The position numbers were made by a program, and so were the translations under genes. Below are positions 13,239-27,643 of a stretch of DNA of 64,000 bases, one piece after another. The notes beneath the pieces were generated by a model, which was given only the letters and a program-made list of their open reading frames with translations, had not been told where the DNA came from and searched no databases. This DNA comes from Blasia pusilla (Eukaryota): the NCBI GenBank assembly GCA_050084515.1, contig CM114271.1, positions 2,542,001-2,606,000 of the forward strand. The letters are read 5' to 3'. Numbering within the stretch: the first letter of the stretch is position 1; each line of letters begins with the position of its first letter.

Positions 13239-15028
13239 TTCTCACAATTGAAACTAAAACTTGAATTATCTGGTCAAGATTCTTCTCTTATTCTAAACAC
13301 ACTTACTTCCCCTCCAACATCCCACCTATCTAAATTAATCCTAACAAGCATATCCCCCAACACTCAAGATCTCCCAAAAACTAATCAACAATTCGTGTTC
13401 ATATCTAAATAGAGTGGCACATATATCCGTTGGGAAAACTGCAATAAATAGTGTTGACATGTCCTTTTTTTTCCTTTTAATTGGATTCCCTCCACGAAGC
13501 CTCCGCCAGGTGGAGCCCCTCCATTGGCTGTATCTGCGGAACCCACGTGGCTCTCCATCCAGGAGAAACATGTGACCTTATCAAAAGGAATTTCTACCGA
13601 TAACTCCCATATTCTGTAATATATAGAAAAAAAAAGAAAAGGGAAAAATAGAAGAAGCCGTTCGCGATTTCAAACATGACACGCTGTGTGTGTGCGGTGA
13701 CGGGTGTCGTGTCCGTGTGAGTAGGCAGGCTCTTAGGGGGGCCCGTCCTTCTAACAGCCGTGGAGCTCGTTAGAGCGCCCGGATTTCAAACCCCACATTT
13801 CCGAACAAGAGCGTCGGATCCTTAAGCCGTCCCTCGGGTTCCACGTCCAGCTCTTGTTGGTTGAAGTTGTTAAGGACTTTTGTGCGTCGCTAGTCCCATT
13901 TTTATCGTTCTCCCTTCTTTGCCCTTTCCATTTTCCTTTTTATTTTCATTTTATTTTCCTTTTATTTTAGATTTTCTTAATCATAGAGAAGCTCCGCGGA
14001 TTTTCCCGACGTTTATATCCAGCGGTATATGCTATGGAATTGAATGAATTTATTTATTGTTCACTTTTGGGTTTATGAATAAGATAAATGAAATAAATTG
14101 CTAATAAAATATCGTGTGGATGATTTCTATTTAGTTTCTATTTGGTGAGTTTGGTCGATAGGGGGAAGGCCCCCTTCTTTCTTTCTTTGACCGCTTTTGG
14201 CCCTCGGGTTTTTGGCTCTCTATACTCCCTCCTTTATATGTCTGATGGGTTTTCCATTATGCATTTTTTTTTAAGTTTATCATTTCTTCATTGTTTCTCT
14301 TTTTCCTTTGATTTGACTTTATTTTCGAGGTTTTTTTTTTCCTTTGAAAATTGAAGAGATATAGGAGAAGGTAATAAGGATTATACCTTGTTTCTAAGGA
14401 GTCCATACGAATGGAAATGAATGAGAGGTAAGCTTTTAAGACTCTAATTATGGTTCAACATACAATTATTGGATATGGACAATCTTCTCATGCAATCAAT
14501 TACCTAATTTGGTTATATTGGTTCAGGAGGCGAGCAACCCTATTGGTTGAAAGTGTTAAGTTTAAGGAGTAGAGGAATTTGCAAAATGAAGGCGTATTCT
14601 CGGATAATAATATAAATTTATTAATTTGAACTATAATGCATAGCATTTTATTATGACTAGTTAATGAAGTAGTGTATTTTTAGCATCATGATTATTTTAA
14701 TGATACCGTGATGAGACGGGTCATAGGGTGGAAGGACAAAGAGATTTAGGGATCTAAACTAAAACAACAATGGTAAATTTAGTAATGTAAAGAGGATCCA
14801 GAATTCCTGCAAAAGAAAATGGAAAAAAAATTTCTTACATTTTTTATTTAAAGATATTTCTAGGGAGAATTTCCCATGTGTGTGTTTCTGATTAGATATT
14901 TCCAGTAGTTTTTATGGGGCCTACTTCCATCGGACAGAATTCAAAAAAAATTGTTGTGGTGATTAATTTTGGTTAAATGTTTCATAAAAAAAAATAGGGA
15001 AGGAAAATTGATTTGGAAATTTTCATAA

Positions 15029-15214
15029 TTGGATACTATGATCCCATCCAATAAGAAATTTCATAGTCTACTATATAGAAAGACAAACGTCACCATTTTG
15101 GAATTTAACATCACATCAACTAACACAAGTAATGGTATAGATTTAAAGATAGTTTTTTCAGTTTCAAGAATCATTAAAGACATGTTTAGAAGATGTTATG
15201 AAACCCACATATAA
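15029..15214 (+). mobile_element. Possible hAT transposase C-terminal dimerisation-domain relic
   Basis: DLKIVFSVSRIIKDMFRR resembles the hATC xERxFSxxxxIxxxxRxxL pattern; degenerate. Confidence 0.25.
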
Positions 15215-18200
15215 ATTTTCATTACATTATATAGAATGTTAGATGTGTCACGGACTCAAAGTATGTGCAACACAACAAATATTTGAAATCCTATGATATG
15301 ATCAAGGATGTGTGGATGATACAAAACATGCTCTAGGAGGTGTTTGAGTAGATGGATATCAGCTTTAACACCTTGGTGAGGAGCGAAAAACCCTATATTT
15401 TCACTATACTTGTGTTGGAAATTATTTCTGCTAAAAAACTAACAAAAACGTCCTTTTTTGGTTATTTAGTAGATTATGCCCCATATGCCCGAGTGGAAAA
15501 GTGAAAAATCAAGGTGTAAGCCCATGATGTATGGCACCCCATGGGCACCATTAGACGCTATTGATACAAGCATCATATCATCCAATACATGATTGGAAAG
15601 TAATGCCCACGGATCAAAGTGCTCTCTAAAACTCCAAGAGCAAGCTAAACAAGGATAGTGATCGTATTATGAGAACACTAGGAAGCTATCTAAATGGATC
15701 TAGAGTTGTACGCATGAACAATGCTCCACACAAATATTCTTCATTTGTAAACATAAAATATTTTTTCTATAAAAAATAATTATTCATTGAATCATAGTTA
15801 CTATTGTGTACATATAATTCTCAATTGACTTATGTCGTCTAATTTGTTGTGTCGATCTCAAGCCCATAAATATCAAGCACGTTACATTTGGTAGCACGAC
15901 CCCTGTAAATGCTCGCACTAATGCACCCTTTTTTTATGATTTTCAAGAGTCGCAACACAATTGCAAAAGGATGAAGAAATTCTCTCTTGGACCACTCTCT
16001 TCCCTTCATCACTCCGAATTCATTCATGATGTAATTTATGGGTATGGAAAAAAAAATCCCTCATCCCGGGTATGATTCTAGCTAGATACATTCACCACCT
16101 TCTCCTAGAATACCCAATTGTTACAAGGCAACCAACCAATGCGTCTTAACATTAGTCAAAGATAGCCAATGTTGTCTCAAGATTGGAGGGTAGTGTTGCA
16201 TAACTTTCCAACTCCATAAAAGCTAACTATGGTGTTAAGTTTCCATACACCGACTATACTAATGGTACACCACTCCTAAAATGCCACCTAAAATCATGCC
16301 ACGTATACTCGGTTAAACATCCAAGCACATATTCCAAACGTGCTACTCCACTCCACACTCATCAATTTTTTTCATTTCTCCTAAAATGAATTTGATCTTA
16401 CTTCGAGGCCAAACTAGTTTCCGATGTTCGAAACAACATCTCCTTTTCTATACCATGGTTAAACTAACTCAACCATAAGTCAGCAAACTCAAGGATATAT
16501 AAGCGCAAACCTCTACTCGACAAGGTGCACTCCCTCCCATCTTCCACCAGTCTCCAAGAAAAGAAAATAAAACTAGAGAAATTTATTTTAATTTAAATAA
16601 AAATAATAATTTAAAAAATAAATTTATATTCAAATTCAAAAGATTTCAAATTAAAAAAATACCACGAATTTTCTGGCGAAATGATTTCTTTTTTTTTTTT
16701 CTTAATAATACAGGAAGGGAAATCGTGTGCACGTGACAAGACCGTATTCTAACGCGACCATATTCGGTACTAGAGGAAGGCACTGTAGAGAGGGCGAGTC
16801 CGTAAAGAACTGGTCCGCGAATCGTTCTCCCGCATGACGACGAGTTTTGTCGTCGCATCATCGGAGGCACGCTACTGCCGAAATATCTAATAATTAAAGT
16901 TAAATCTGGTTTTGGATAACATTTTGGACTGTAGCGAGTGCGGATGCCGCGCTAGGACTGAAGTAAAATTCTCCGGGAATTTCCCTCTGGAGACCAGAGA
17001 CGGTCTTAGGGTAACAGGAGCTACCGCTGGAAGTAAATGCTGGATGGACGCAAAGTGTACCGCCATCCATCCATCCGTCCGTCTGTCACTGTAGAACACT
17101 CATGGTCGCTACATGCAATGGGCGCGCGCGTTTGGTGCATGATGACTTACCGTGGGATCCTTGCCAAGTAGCCAGTGGGCCCAGAGCTGGCAGAGAAGAT
17201 CCTCCAACACGTGTCTGAAGAAGACCAATCCATAACAGCTTTGGAGATCGCAGTGGCAGGCCCATGCCATCGTGGTCACCATCATACACTTCATGTCCGT
17301 ATGATTCAGACAGGCCAGGTCACTAGGGCGCCCTGCGCCGTGTAAGTAAACGACATGAACCCGATGTACCTCTCCACGTCAGCTGATTCAGCCCAGGTCC
17401 ATGTCGCGTAGTCTCCGAGGGAAGGATCAATAATAATGTGCTTGTTCGCGTGCCTAGAGTTCTTATAAGAGTGCCACAGTCCCACGTATATCATTGTATT
17501 ACAGTGGGGAATGCCAAATGATTGCCGCCCTATATTGGGTACAGACGAAGATCTCGGGAAGGTAGAGTTTTTGATATGAAGGCCGAGTTAGATCGTCGGT
17601 TTGATACTTTCGGCAATTAAATTAAAAGAAGTACTCTACTTTTTTAACTCGATATGACCACGTATCAAACCGGCTTTCATATGTCCCATAAACAAGAACG
17701 GAAATTGAAGGGTGGAATATTGGAGTTCATTTTTTGGGTTAGAACTTCCACCCTATGCTCTCCTAGCATTGTTTGTACATGAAGTTGCTTGTTGCAACCC
17801 TTTATGTGACCATTGAAGTAAATTTCCAACACTAGTGAAGTTGATTTGCAATCCTTTTTAAAAATCATTATTAGATCTTCGTGTATATGGCGTATATTGG
17901 AAATAACATCTCCAATGGACCAATGAATGTATGTTTTAAAAATCTTACCACTTGGTGGGATGTGGTCTGAGCCCACTCATTTCATTTTCTATTTACACCC
18001 TGCTAGCCATTGGTACTCTTATATGATCTATTTCAAGTAATTAATCGTGATGCTTGAACAAAAAACGTCGTGTAAAAATTTTCCAACTAGTTTTGCCATA
18101 CTATAATTCTCAAATGGATTCGGAGTTCTCTATCTATTAACATACAAACATGTCACCTAAAATAATGCCATATTTCACATGGTAAATTTTGCACTATAGA

Positions 18201-18702
18201 TCTTAAATTTTTAGCTTTGAGCCTTCATTACAAGGGCCCAAACTCGTTCCACTTGTTGCTTTTTCCCATCACATCATGTTTTCTTTCCTCATATCCATCC
18301 CCTCGTGAATTACTTTTGAGTTTTATTTACTTATTTTGATATATTCATATTTAATAAAGTGGTTTTCTCCACATAAAACCTATATCATAATAGTTTTGTA
18401 TAAGAGTGATCTTTGCCCTCTCATAAGCATCATGATCTTCTTCTACTATATAAAAACTATGGTGTTTCATCTAAAAGAAAATTTTATTACTATGAGGAAA
18501 ATTGGTTGCAATGATAGATCCTCCATCAATTTCATTCAATTGACCTAGGAAGAAATATCCTTATTTACATATTGGATATTACTTAAAATATCCACTTATA
18601 GTATCAAAGGAAGAAATACTTCTTTAAGGGATTTTCTTTCCACGGTTTTATTGTAACTCTAGGGATCATTATTTTATTCCCATCTAGTAATGTACTACCT
18701 AA

Positions 18703-18948
18703 CTAGTAAGTACTCTTATGATGCACAAGAGGGGCTAATGATGGTTAATTTGAATCACCCATCATTAGTCCCCTAATTGATCCCAAATCTACCTCGAACC
18801 GACCCCTAACTTGATTGACCCCAAAAATAACTCTAAATTACCAACGACATGTGTCGATAGTAGTCAATACGTGATTGGATAAAAAGGTCAGATGTCTTCA
18901 AGAGAGGAGTTTGAAAATCAGATGTGCACTCTAGTATAAGAATATAGA
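18703..18948 (-). mobile_element. Short non-autonomous Helitron-like element with an internal 20-bp inverted repeat (18731-18772)
   Basis: Minus strand begins tctatattc... and ends with a decayed hairpin then CTAG|T. Confidence 0.45.
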
Positions 18949-19233
18949 GAGGACCTTGTGGAATAAGCCATCATTTCAACATCTATTTGCTTTCCTTTCC
19001 CCACTTTGCAAGAGGATAAATATTAAAATTCATTTAACTCGTCTGCATTTGGATCTACTTTTTTTTATCCTAAGATACAAGATAACGTGTTGTACGACGA
19101 TATAAGAAATCTGTAGACCCTTGTTGGGGGCAATAGCCTCTTTTTTCCGCTATGGTTCCAAAATGAGTCCGGATAGAAACTCTTAAATATGGCTCTCTTA
19201 TGAAAAAACTTCAAACATTCTTACACTTGTAAA

Positions 19234-19727
19234 AAAGGTTGCACAAGGAAAAATTCTGTGTCCGTGGACTTATGTCCGTCCCTATGATAGACATGTCCAT
19301 GTGGACTTGTGTACCCGTAGCCTGCCCCTGAGCCCGCCTTGCATGTAATGTAGATCCGGGCTCGCCCAACCTGCACCCGTTTTGTAGCCCGCGGCAGCCT
19401 CTAGGCTCGCAGGGCAGGTTGGGCCCCCATTGGCAAGGCGGTCTCAAGGCCAGCCGAGGGCTCGTGGTTGAGCCCGCCCTGCATCAGTCCGCATGGAGGG
19501 ATCAAGGTCTTCACAAGGCCCGCGGATAGGTCGACAAAGTAGGCTCCCGGGTGTGCAGAGCGGGCTAAGCCGCATGCCGGTGCAGAGTGGGCTCAAGCCC
19601 ACGCACCAGTATGACCCTTACCCTACCAAGGCCGCACAGGCCACTGGGGTGCCAAAACAATCCAAGCGGGAGACCCGTTGGGCATGTTTGTCCTGTGGAC
19701 GGACTTGTCCGTTTCCGTGCAATCTTG
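19234..19727 (+). mobile_element. hAT-type non-autonomous element with the MITE-family ends but a different GC-rich interior
   Basis: TIRs aaaggttgca...tgcaatcttg; 8-bp TSD cttgtaaa/cttgtaga (7/8); subterminal GGAC/GTCC motifs. Confidence 0.85.
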
Positions 19728-22700
19728 CTTGTAGAAATTTGATAATGTACACTACAATAGGAGGATTATTTCAAGCATGTTCATCCTCAAGTTTTTTAAG
19801 TTTTAACCCGAGGTCGATTTGCTTTGACGAGATATTACATGTGTCCGACATAATAAGTTTTTTTTATTGTTTCTACTTGTTACGCGCATGAGACTCTAGT
19901 GCACTGGACAACGTATTTCCTGCATGAAAGGAGGTCACATGATCGAATTTGACAATAGGAACTCAATTTTGTTGAAGTGCTTATTTTTAACTTTTCTCAC
20001 ACTAACCCAAGGATGGATAGGCGCAAGGGAGATTACGACCCCAATGGCAATACCTCTATTGGACCGGCGGTGTTCAACATGCCTTCAGCTCCATGGAGTG
20101 CGAAGGCCCTAAACTGCCGCAGTCTTGCATTTATTGCGAGATCCGGTACCTTCAGCGGGCATAAGACCCGGGCAGGTAGTTAAAAGATATTTTCACAACT
20201 ACATCGAGTGTCACTACGACATTTTATATCCTCTACATATATCTTATTGGCAAGACTAAGATTTAGAGTTTATATTTATTTGAGATTAATACTAATAGAC
20301 CAGACCCGTGCTATGCATGCTTTTATGGAGGCGTCACACCGGTTTCCCTTGGACACCGTAGCTTAGCTCCCTCACCGTCTAAAACCTGACGGAGGATAAA
20401 ATTAGGGTAAGTGGGACAACAAATATTAATCCAAACAACAATTTCACCACATTTGGTCTCCCCTTTCTCGAACTATTAATATTAATAGAAACCCATGCCC
20501 TTCCATGATCATTAATGTTCTCCCCTTAAGTGTTTTCAAAACCCATCCTCTCCCCTTGATGCCACCTCTTAAAACCCGTGGTGGGGCCATACCCAATCAT
20601 TCCTTGCTTTCTTTATAATTCTGTTTTTCTAAGTAAACTTAAAGTTAAACAACTAAGAGATCATTAATAGTACTAAGAGATGAACTAAAAGATCATTAAC
20701 CGCATTCCTATTAAAATAAAAAGGTGGATTTGATCGATTGAGTCATCCATCAACCCCCCTTCTTCCTTTTCTGGTCGTGTTGTGGCCTTCAGGTTTTGAC
20801 TCTTTGAGTCCCCCTCTTTTGTACTTCCGATGGGTTTTCCATCACTCGTTTTTATCGAAGTGCATCTTTGTTTTCATCAACTCAACGGGAGTGGAAAAAG
20901 AATATTAGGGGGTCCGTGTAAGCGCGAACGGTCGACATACAAGAGACGATGTGCGTGTAGGCTTCATGGCACAGGAACGCTGCAACAGAGACAGGGGCGC
21001 CCCGTATCTATGTCTGGACAAAGGTACGGTAGAGGGACGGCACTTATTCACGAAATAGTTATTACCCTATGGATTTGCTTGTCCCCAATCTCCTTACAGT
21101 GCCCCGCCCAGCCCCGCCCCGCCAAACCGGATAAGAACAGGGATAAGATCCGCGCCCGACGCATTGCCGTGTCACATCCCTCGTACGACCCACTATTATG
21201 AGGTGATGAATGAGGTTCCCGCTTGCTGGCGGCCGCCCGATCTGCTCCCGGGATGAGCCGGTGTTGACCTAGCCGGTCGAGATCTCGGCTTGCCGTTGCC
21301 GGTTTTGTTGAATCACCGGCCGAAGACCGAGAGGGGGTCTGCTTGTTTGTATTTAGCGTCGGATAGCCGACCGGGATTTCGGAGAAGCCCGGCGTGTACC
21401 AGTTGGGTGGGAAAAGCTGCCGGACGGCCGTTCCGATCGAGGTAGAGCTCCTCGGGCTGGACAGGCTTCCAGCAGCGGATAGCTCGTGAGCGCCAATTTG
21501 CTCCCACTTTTCAGCGGACGGCCTTGACTACTCCTGCTCATGACGCCGGCGATGGCGGAGGAGGAGCTTCTTCCGCCTTGTGTACAGCGGCAGCAGTCGC
21601 TGGGATTTTGGGAGTACCCCGGTTCGACGGATGCTGCATGGTTCGTCGCGCGGCGCTTGCAGTCAACAGCGATGCGATTGGAGGAGTGGAGAGCACGGGA
21701 TTCGGAATTTCAACAGAGGGAAGGAACAACTGAGTGAGCGAAGATTGTGAGCAATTAGGTTGAGGGAAATTGAAACTTGGGATTGGAGCAGTCGGTCATT
21801 ACTGTCTTCATCTGAGTGTCTGCATCTGAACATGCTCTAGTAGGTTCCGAACTCTAGGTAGTAGGGATGGCGTTAAAACGGAAACAAAAGCACCGATGGT
21901 GTTGAACACACTTTCTGCTCGTCAATGAGATGAGGTGATTGGGGTAAGAACGAGAGGATTGATGCTCTTTCACAATTGACTGATGGCTTCGGATATCCCG
22001 GAACCTTGGGGCGCTCGTAATTTGCGTGGGAAAGGGAGCTCGAATCGTCGATAAGTCCATATCTTTCGACTAGTCAGGAGTCCGGACTCCGAGGGTTTCC
22101 TCTCTTCTCTAGCTCTGAACGCGCAGGCTCGCTACTTTGCTACCAATCAGGATTTTCTGTTGTTTTCCGCCCCGATGACAGTAACGTAACACATCACATT
22201 ATTATGCCGACCGTCGAGTGCGTAGGAGATGAGTAGTGCATCCGTGACAGAAAGTGTTTTTCCCACGGCCCTATCAACTCACATCTTGAGACTCTAGCCT
22301 GCCCATTCCCTGGGTTAACAGCTCCACCTGTCACAGCACGATATGCTCACACTTCGACAGCTCACGGGGCTTTCGAATTCACACCGATCAGAGACGGGTA
22401 ACTGGAACCAATCAGCAATTACAGGGTTCTGTCCTCGCAGCATGAAAGTCTTCTGCTGCCTGTCGACGGCGGATGTCTACAGATCTATGATAATTCGTGA
22501 CTTCTCCCTCGAATTCATTTGGGTCCCTTTCTCTCTACCCGTTGATACATCAATCGATCATGCGTTAAACTTTCTGAGACCTATCTCATCCCGCGCGTCA
22601 CTGCGTCCGTAATTTTCACTTCACCTCTTCCACGAAAGAAGCTGGGGGAGTACGCATTAAAGGTCGCACCTTAGCAAATGCCTACTAGGATACAGACTGC

Positions 22701-25060
22701 ACAAGAATTTAATCAGGCGGATCTGCTTTGGGGTTTAATGGTGGTCCACGGGTAATCTGTCGCTAGAAAAAGAAACTCGCGCGTTCGGAAATCCATCTCT
22801 GGTAACTAGTGGGGGAAATTACGAAATGACTGTCCATGATAGCCCGCACGCGAGTCTTGTGCGTCTTACACCCCTAATTCCACGGCATAGCTTTGGAAGG
22901 TTTCAGAGCAAATCGCCTGCGGGGTGTATGGAGGATTTCTGACTCCCGATCCGATTGACTCGCGTTCATGGCAACAACAGTCCTTCTCGAGCACTAACTG
23001 GCGAGGAGGTATGGGAACAAGAGTGCTCTCAGTTGCGAGGTGGATACCTGGTGGATCACCTCGTTCGGCAGGGTGGGAGCTTGTCCCGCTTATTCGAGAC
23101 ACAGAAGATCTGGAGAGATTGCTTCGTACTAGCGCGCGCGGAAGCATACGATGCACGTGGCTACCGATGGATACATTCACTCATTGCCGAATCACCGTTG
23201 GCAATGCGGTCTGCCTTCTCCTACGCAAGAGCTCCAACCGGATTCAGAGGAGGGACCATGATCCAACTAACAAGATTTTTTTCCCGGAACGTTGATCGGA
23301 CCTCCACGGGTTGGTTCCAATTATCTGCAATTATCGATACTTGATTGCCACTCGATAATTTCCTGCCATGTAAGAGAAGTTGTGAGTGATAATTCGATGA
23401 TAATGCGCACGCCACACGCTTGGCCGTAATATAACTGCCTCCTTCCTGCAGTGCTAACTAACAAATCTCCAGAAGCCTGTGATAGATACTTCAGAGGTAT
23501 GGTACAATCCTCCAGTTTCGCTCAATGTGCAGGAGCAGGAGCACAACGACTTTGTGTTTATGGTAGATCTCCTCTTTTCGCAGCATCACAACAACACGAC
23601 CTATCTGCTTCGCCGGCGGCTGGCTGTCCGTTTTCAGCAGAGCCTCTCGAAATGTTGTCCCCGTCTCCGAATGCCGGTGACGCCATCTCCTGAAAGCGTT
23701 TTTGCTGAGACCACTGTCAAATCACACGTGCTGAGGAAATCGGCCGAGGCCATGACGTCTCTCGTCACTATGTCTGCCGATTCCATTCAAGACGGATGTG
23801 GCGACGGTCGGCGACGGACGAGAAGAAGCTTGCGACGACTGTGACGACAAGCTCCCAACAGATGCAGACCATTCATTATCCAGAGATTTCAGGGCTCATT
23901 ATCGTCTGTTCATTGTCACGGCGATTTCACCGTCCCAAATCGGAGACACTTAGACACAGCGTCTAAGCTTTGACTCCACGATTCGAGCGAGTGGGATAGA
24001 ACCCTGCGCACTCACGGCATCCCTTCCCGGAGGCTGTCGATCTCGACACATCGCGAGGCGGAGGTCCGAGAGCAACGCCATCTCGTCTCAATCCAGGGCT
24101 GGGGTAGTATGGTACATATGGAAGGTTGCATCACCGTGGAACATAAATCTCAACAGTAAGCAATCGCCATTCCTAATTTCACGACAGTCACGCGCTGGTC
24201 CATTTCGCAACCACGACCGCGGGATGCCACTGTGCCAACAGATAACGTGTGCACGCTCCAATTCTCGCAGACATTTTTAGGTGGAGCTCAGCACTCCCTA
24301 CTTATCCGTCATTGAGTCGCGTACAATTCGACATGAAGCTTTTGGGACACAGTGAACGACTTCCGATCTCAAAACACATGCAAGTTTATCCCGGAAATGC
24401 AGTGGCCTGCTCTGAGCCCTGTCCGTGACCCCACAAGCTCCTCCTCCTCCTGAGCGATTCCCGAATCACTTTAGGGCCATCGCGAGCGGGCAACCGAACA
24501 GCGGAGGCCGGTGGATTTCAGATCATGACTCTGAGTGGCTGTGTACTAGAACTGCAGGTCTGTACCGCATTGCCCCCTCCGCTACGACACGTTCGGGAGG
24601 GGCTATGGCGCACGCCACTTTCGGCTCAATCCACAGCGGAGCGGCGAAAATTCCAGACAGGGATATGTTCTTTCAGTTCGTGGATTTGCGATTGCATTCC
24701 TCGCGAGCGGAATGGAAAGTGCCGAGGGGAGGGGAGAGGAGAGGAGCAACCGCTAGCGATACCGAAAGGTCGAAGGCGGACTGTCGCGTCTCGACCTCGA
24801 CACCGAACACTCACTCACTAGTCCAGACTCCAGATCGCTTCGTTTCTCAAGACGACGGCAGATTCCGATGCAGTGTCATCAATGGGATCCGTTTCATAGC
24901 ACTGCCCGAAATTCTCCCTCCCCTCTCTCCCTCTCCCCTCCCTCCCTCCGCGTCTGCCATAGAATTAAATGCACGTTAGTTGCTTCCGGTGTCTCTCTTC
25001 TCAGACGCTCCCTGTGACTTTAATTTCTTTGCCCCTTCCCCCCCCACAAAGGAGTATCGT

Positions 25061-25151
25061 CCCGATTCCCAATCCCTCTGGCCCAAAGGACGATCATTCC
25101 GATTCCCAATCCCTATGGCCCAAAGAAGGATCATTCCGATTCCCAATCCCC
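25061..25151. repeat. ~2.5 x 37-bp tandem repeat
   Basis: ccgattcccaatccct[c/a]tggcccaaag..gatcatt repeated. Confidence 0.85.
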
Positions 25152-26655
25152 AGAGTGACAGAGTCCCGAACTCGGAAACCGAAGTGCGCTCGCTCCTCAA
25201 ACCGAAACCTCGAGTCCAACTGCAACTTTAAATGCACGAAACTCTCGCGGTTTCGAGCGAGTGCTCTAGAACTACACTACGCTCTCCAGCTCTGCCGCTC
25301 GTCTCGATTCCTTCAAACTTCAAAGCTTTCCCCCTCTACGCAGTAGAGTAGCGAATACTAGTAGATAAGAGTAGTTTGTGAGGAGTGAGAGTGAGCGGAG
25401 TCTAAAGAAAGAAAGATGCACTTCGGAGTCTAGAGGGAATACAAAACCTTAAGGTCACAACAAGATCAGAAAAGGAAGAAGGAGGTATTCCAACAGCAGA
25501 GACAATATCCGCCACAACAAGAGAACTATGACTACTACTAAGTGGTCATAGTTCTCTAAGTGACCCTAAACTAAATGACTCTAACGCCGGCGTCTCCCAC
25601 AGCCTGAGCCCGCCGCCTAAAAAACTCTCGCTCTCTCTATCGCGAGAGATAGCTGCAGTAGACTTATCGATGGCTACAGTGGTGAGGATACCGTATCCCC
25701 GATCCCCCAGTGACCAGTTCCGTCCGTCGCGCGCGCGCGCGCGCTCGCGGGTGTCTGGGAATGGTCAATGCGGAGGCCCACGACGACGGCCCTCCGCTGC
25801 AGTCTTCACGTCGACGTCACTCACTCGCAGTCATGATTGCGCCGCGGAACTTGTGCCAAGGGAGCCTGAGAGAGAAAGAATCGCGCACTGTAACAGACTT
25901 CAGTCCTTGACTTCCCGTGCCTCGGGACCGACTCCGGTCGCTCGATTCCTTCCGAAGAAGGAAGGAAGGAAGGAAGGATGGATGGATGGATGTCCTTGCC
26001 TCCCATGCTCCGCGACCCCCGACGGCCGTCCCTCCACGAAGGTGCAGCGACCGGACTTTCGGTCCGTCCGTCTCGTTCTTTTCCCCGTCCTATTACGGCG
26101 GCTCAACTCGTCCTACGGAGACTGCCGTACGACTATTTACAGAAATTCTCAGTAAATCTTATGGGTGTACTTGGGGAAGTACCCCTAAGGCCATGTATTG
26201 GCAAGATTTATCGCCAATACATGGACTCCAATGTGGCCGGATGGCCCCCATTAGAACCCGGTCCCACGCGGCCGCCTCCTTGCCCGGTCGCAATTGGGGT
26301 CGTTGCGATCGTAGTATAACAACCGCGAGAATAATGTTATTTCCTTCTCACCAGATGGTAACAAAGTTGCAAAGACTTGCGCCTTGTGTTCTTACGGGTC
26401 TGTTCTAGTCAAAAGAATCCCATCCGTCGGAACAACCAAGATCCGGACCTTGGGGCCGGGTCCTGGGTACCTCGGCCGCATGAGACCGGGTCCTTAAACA
26501 CACTATAGAAGTGCCCCGACCACATTGTATTTACATGTTTTGCAATAGTAAGGTTAGTGCCACACATTGCATTATGGCTCCTCGCGCTGGAATTTTAAAT
26601 GCAATCTTACGATTTGCCTTTTCTCACATATCTTGGGGTAGTGGATTATGTTTAA

Positions 26656-26832
26656 CTAGTAAGGAACGACGCACGATCCCTTATTAATAACCCATGTTTA
26701 AACGTAACTCGCCTTACCAATTTTTAAAGGACCCCCTTAAAATAACCAAAAGTCTTTTTGAAAGAAGTTTAGTCACACGTGTCAAACAGAGGAGCAACTA
26801 TAGAAAACTACATCCTCCAATTAGGATATAAA
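26656..26832 (-). mobile_element. Short non-autonomous Helitron-like element
   Basis: Minus strand begins tttatatcctaattggaggatg, contains tgacacgtgt, ends CTAG|T; similar in size and layout to 34405-34583. Confidence 0.45.
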
Positions 26833-27643
26833 TTATGCCATTGGAGCTTCTATCGAACCTTGTAAAAGACTAAAATTTAGCGAGTCAAAAGGAGAAAATA
26901 TAGCGTGCGGCAAAGTACAAATTCATTTGGAGGGACATGTGAGGCTTATTTTGGAGCTCCCACCAGAAAGGTCCATGGCCCTGCCCACTTAGTGTAGTGG
27001 AGTGGAGATGCCCTTATGATGGAAATGATAGTCGCTACTTCTACACCTCTCTCTCCCTCCCCCTTCACTTTTCAAGTCTTCTTGGGATTATCACAAAATC
27101 TCCACCTTCCAGGCTCCTCCCATGGGCACTTTGGGACCATTGTACCCACGAGATGGTCCCAAAACTGGAGTTTATATTGAACGATAAATTAATATCGATG
27201 GAATTATTCTAGAATCCGAATCACATGAGCTCCAAGGGTCATGATTTTTTTTTCGTACCAGTCCCAATCTTTTCAAGCGCATAAATTCTCGTGACCATGG
27301 GGACCGTGAATATGGGGTGTCCCACGGGAAGTACCCCTTAGAGAACACACATGTGTTACCAAGTGCTTGAAAGTGCCAAAGGGTGGCTCTTTGAAACCCT
27401 AACGTCATATAAACTCTATAGAGGTTGTAATCATTTGATTGTAAAGTAATTCGAATTAAAATTCATTCAAAAAGGAAATTTTCATGGGTTTATTGAATAG
27501 GAAAAAAATATGCAAAAGTAGAGAATGGAAGATTAAAAAAAATTAAGAGATTTCAAAAAAATTAGAATAGATAGAGGATAATGGTCGGATAGGTTGAAGA
27601 GGAAAATATAAACACACCCATTTAGTTATTCTCCCCTCCCTCG

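Noticed and set aside
21440..21495. Faint resemblance to 7SL RNA
   Set aside because: No SRP helix architecture, upstream USE/TATA or poly-T terminator.
21819..21839. tctgcatctgaacatgctcta resembling miR1030/miR530
   Set aside because: About four mismatches to the sequence as I recall it, and no local hairpin.
22866..26408. ORFs of 100-184 aa in the GC island
   Set aside because: They overlap in several frames, many have non-ATG starts, and none shows a recognisable domain; expected by chance in GC-rich DNA.
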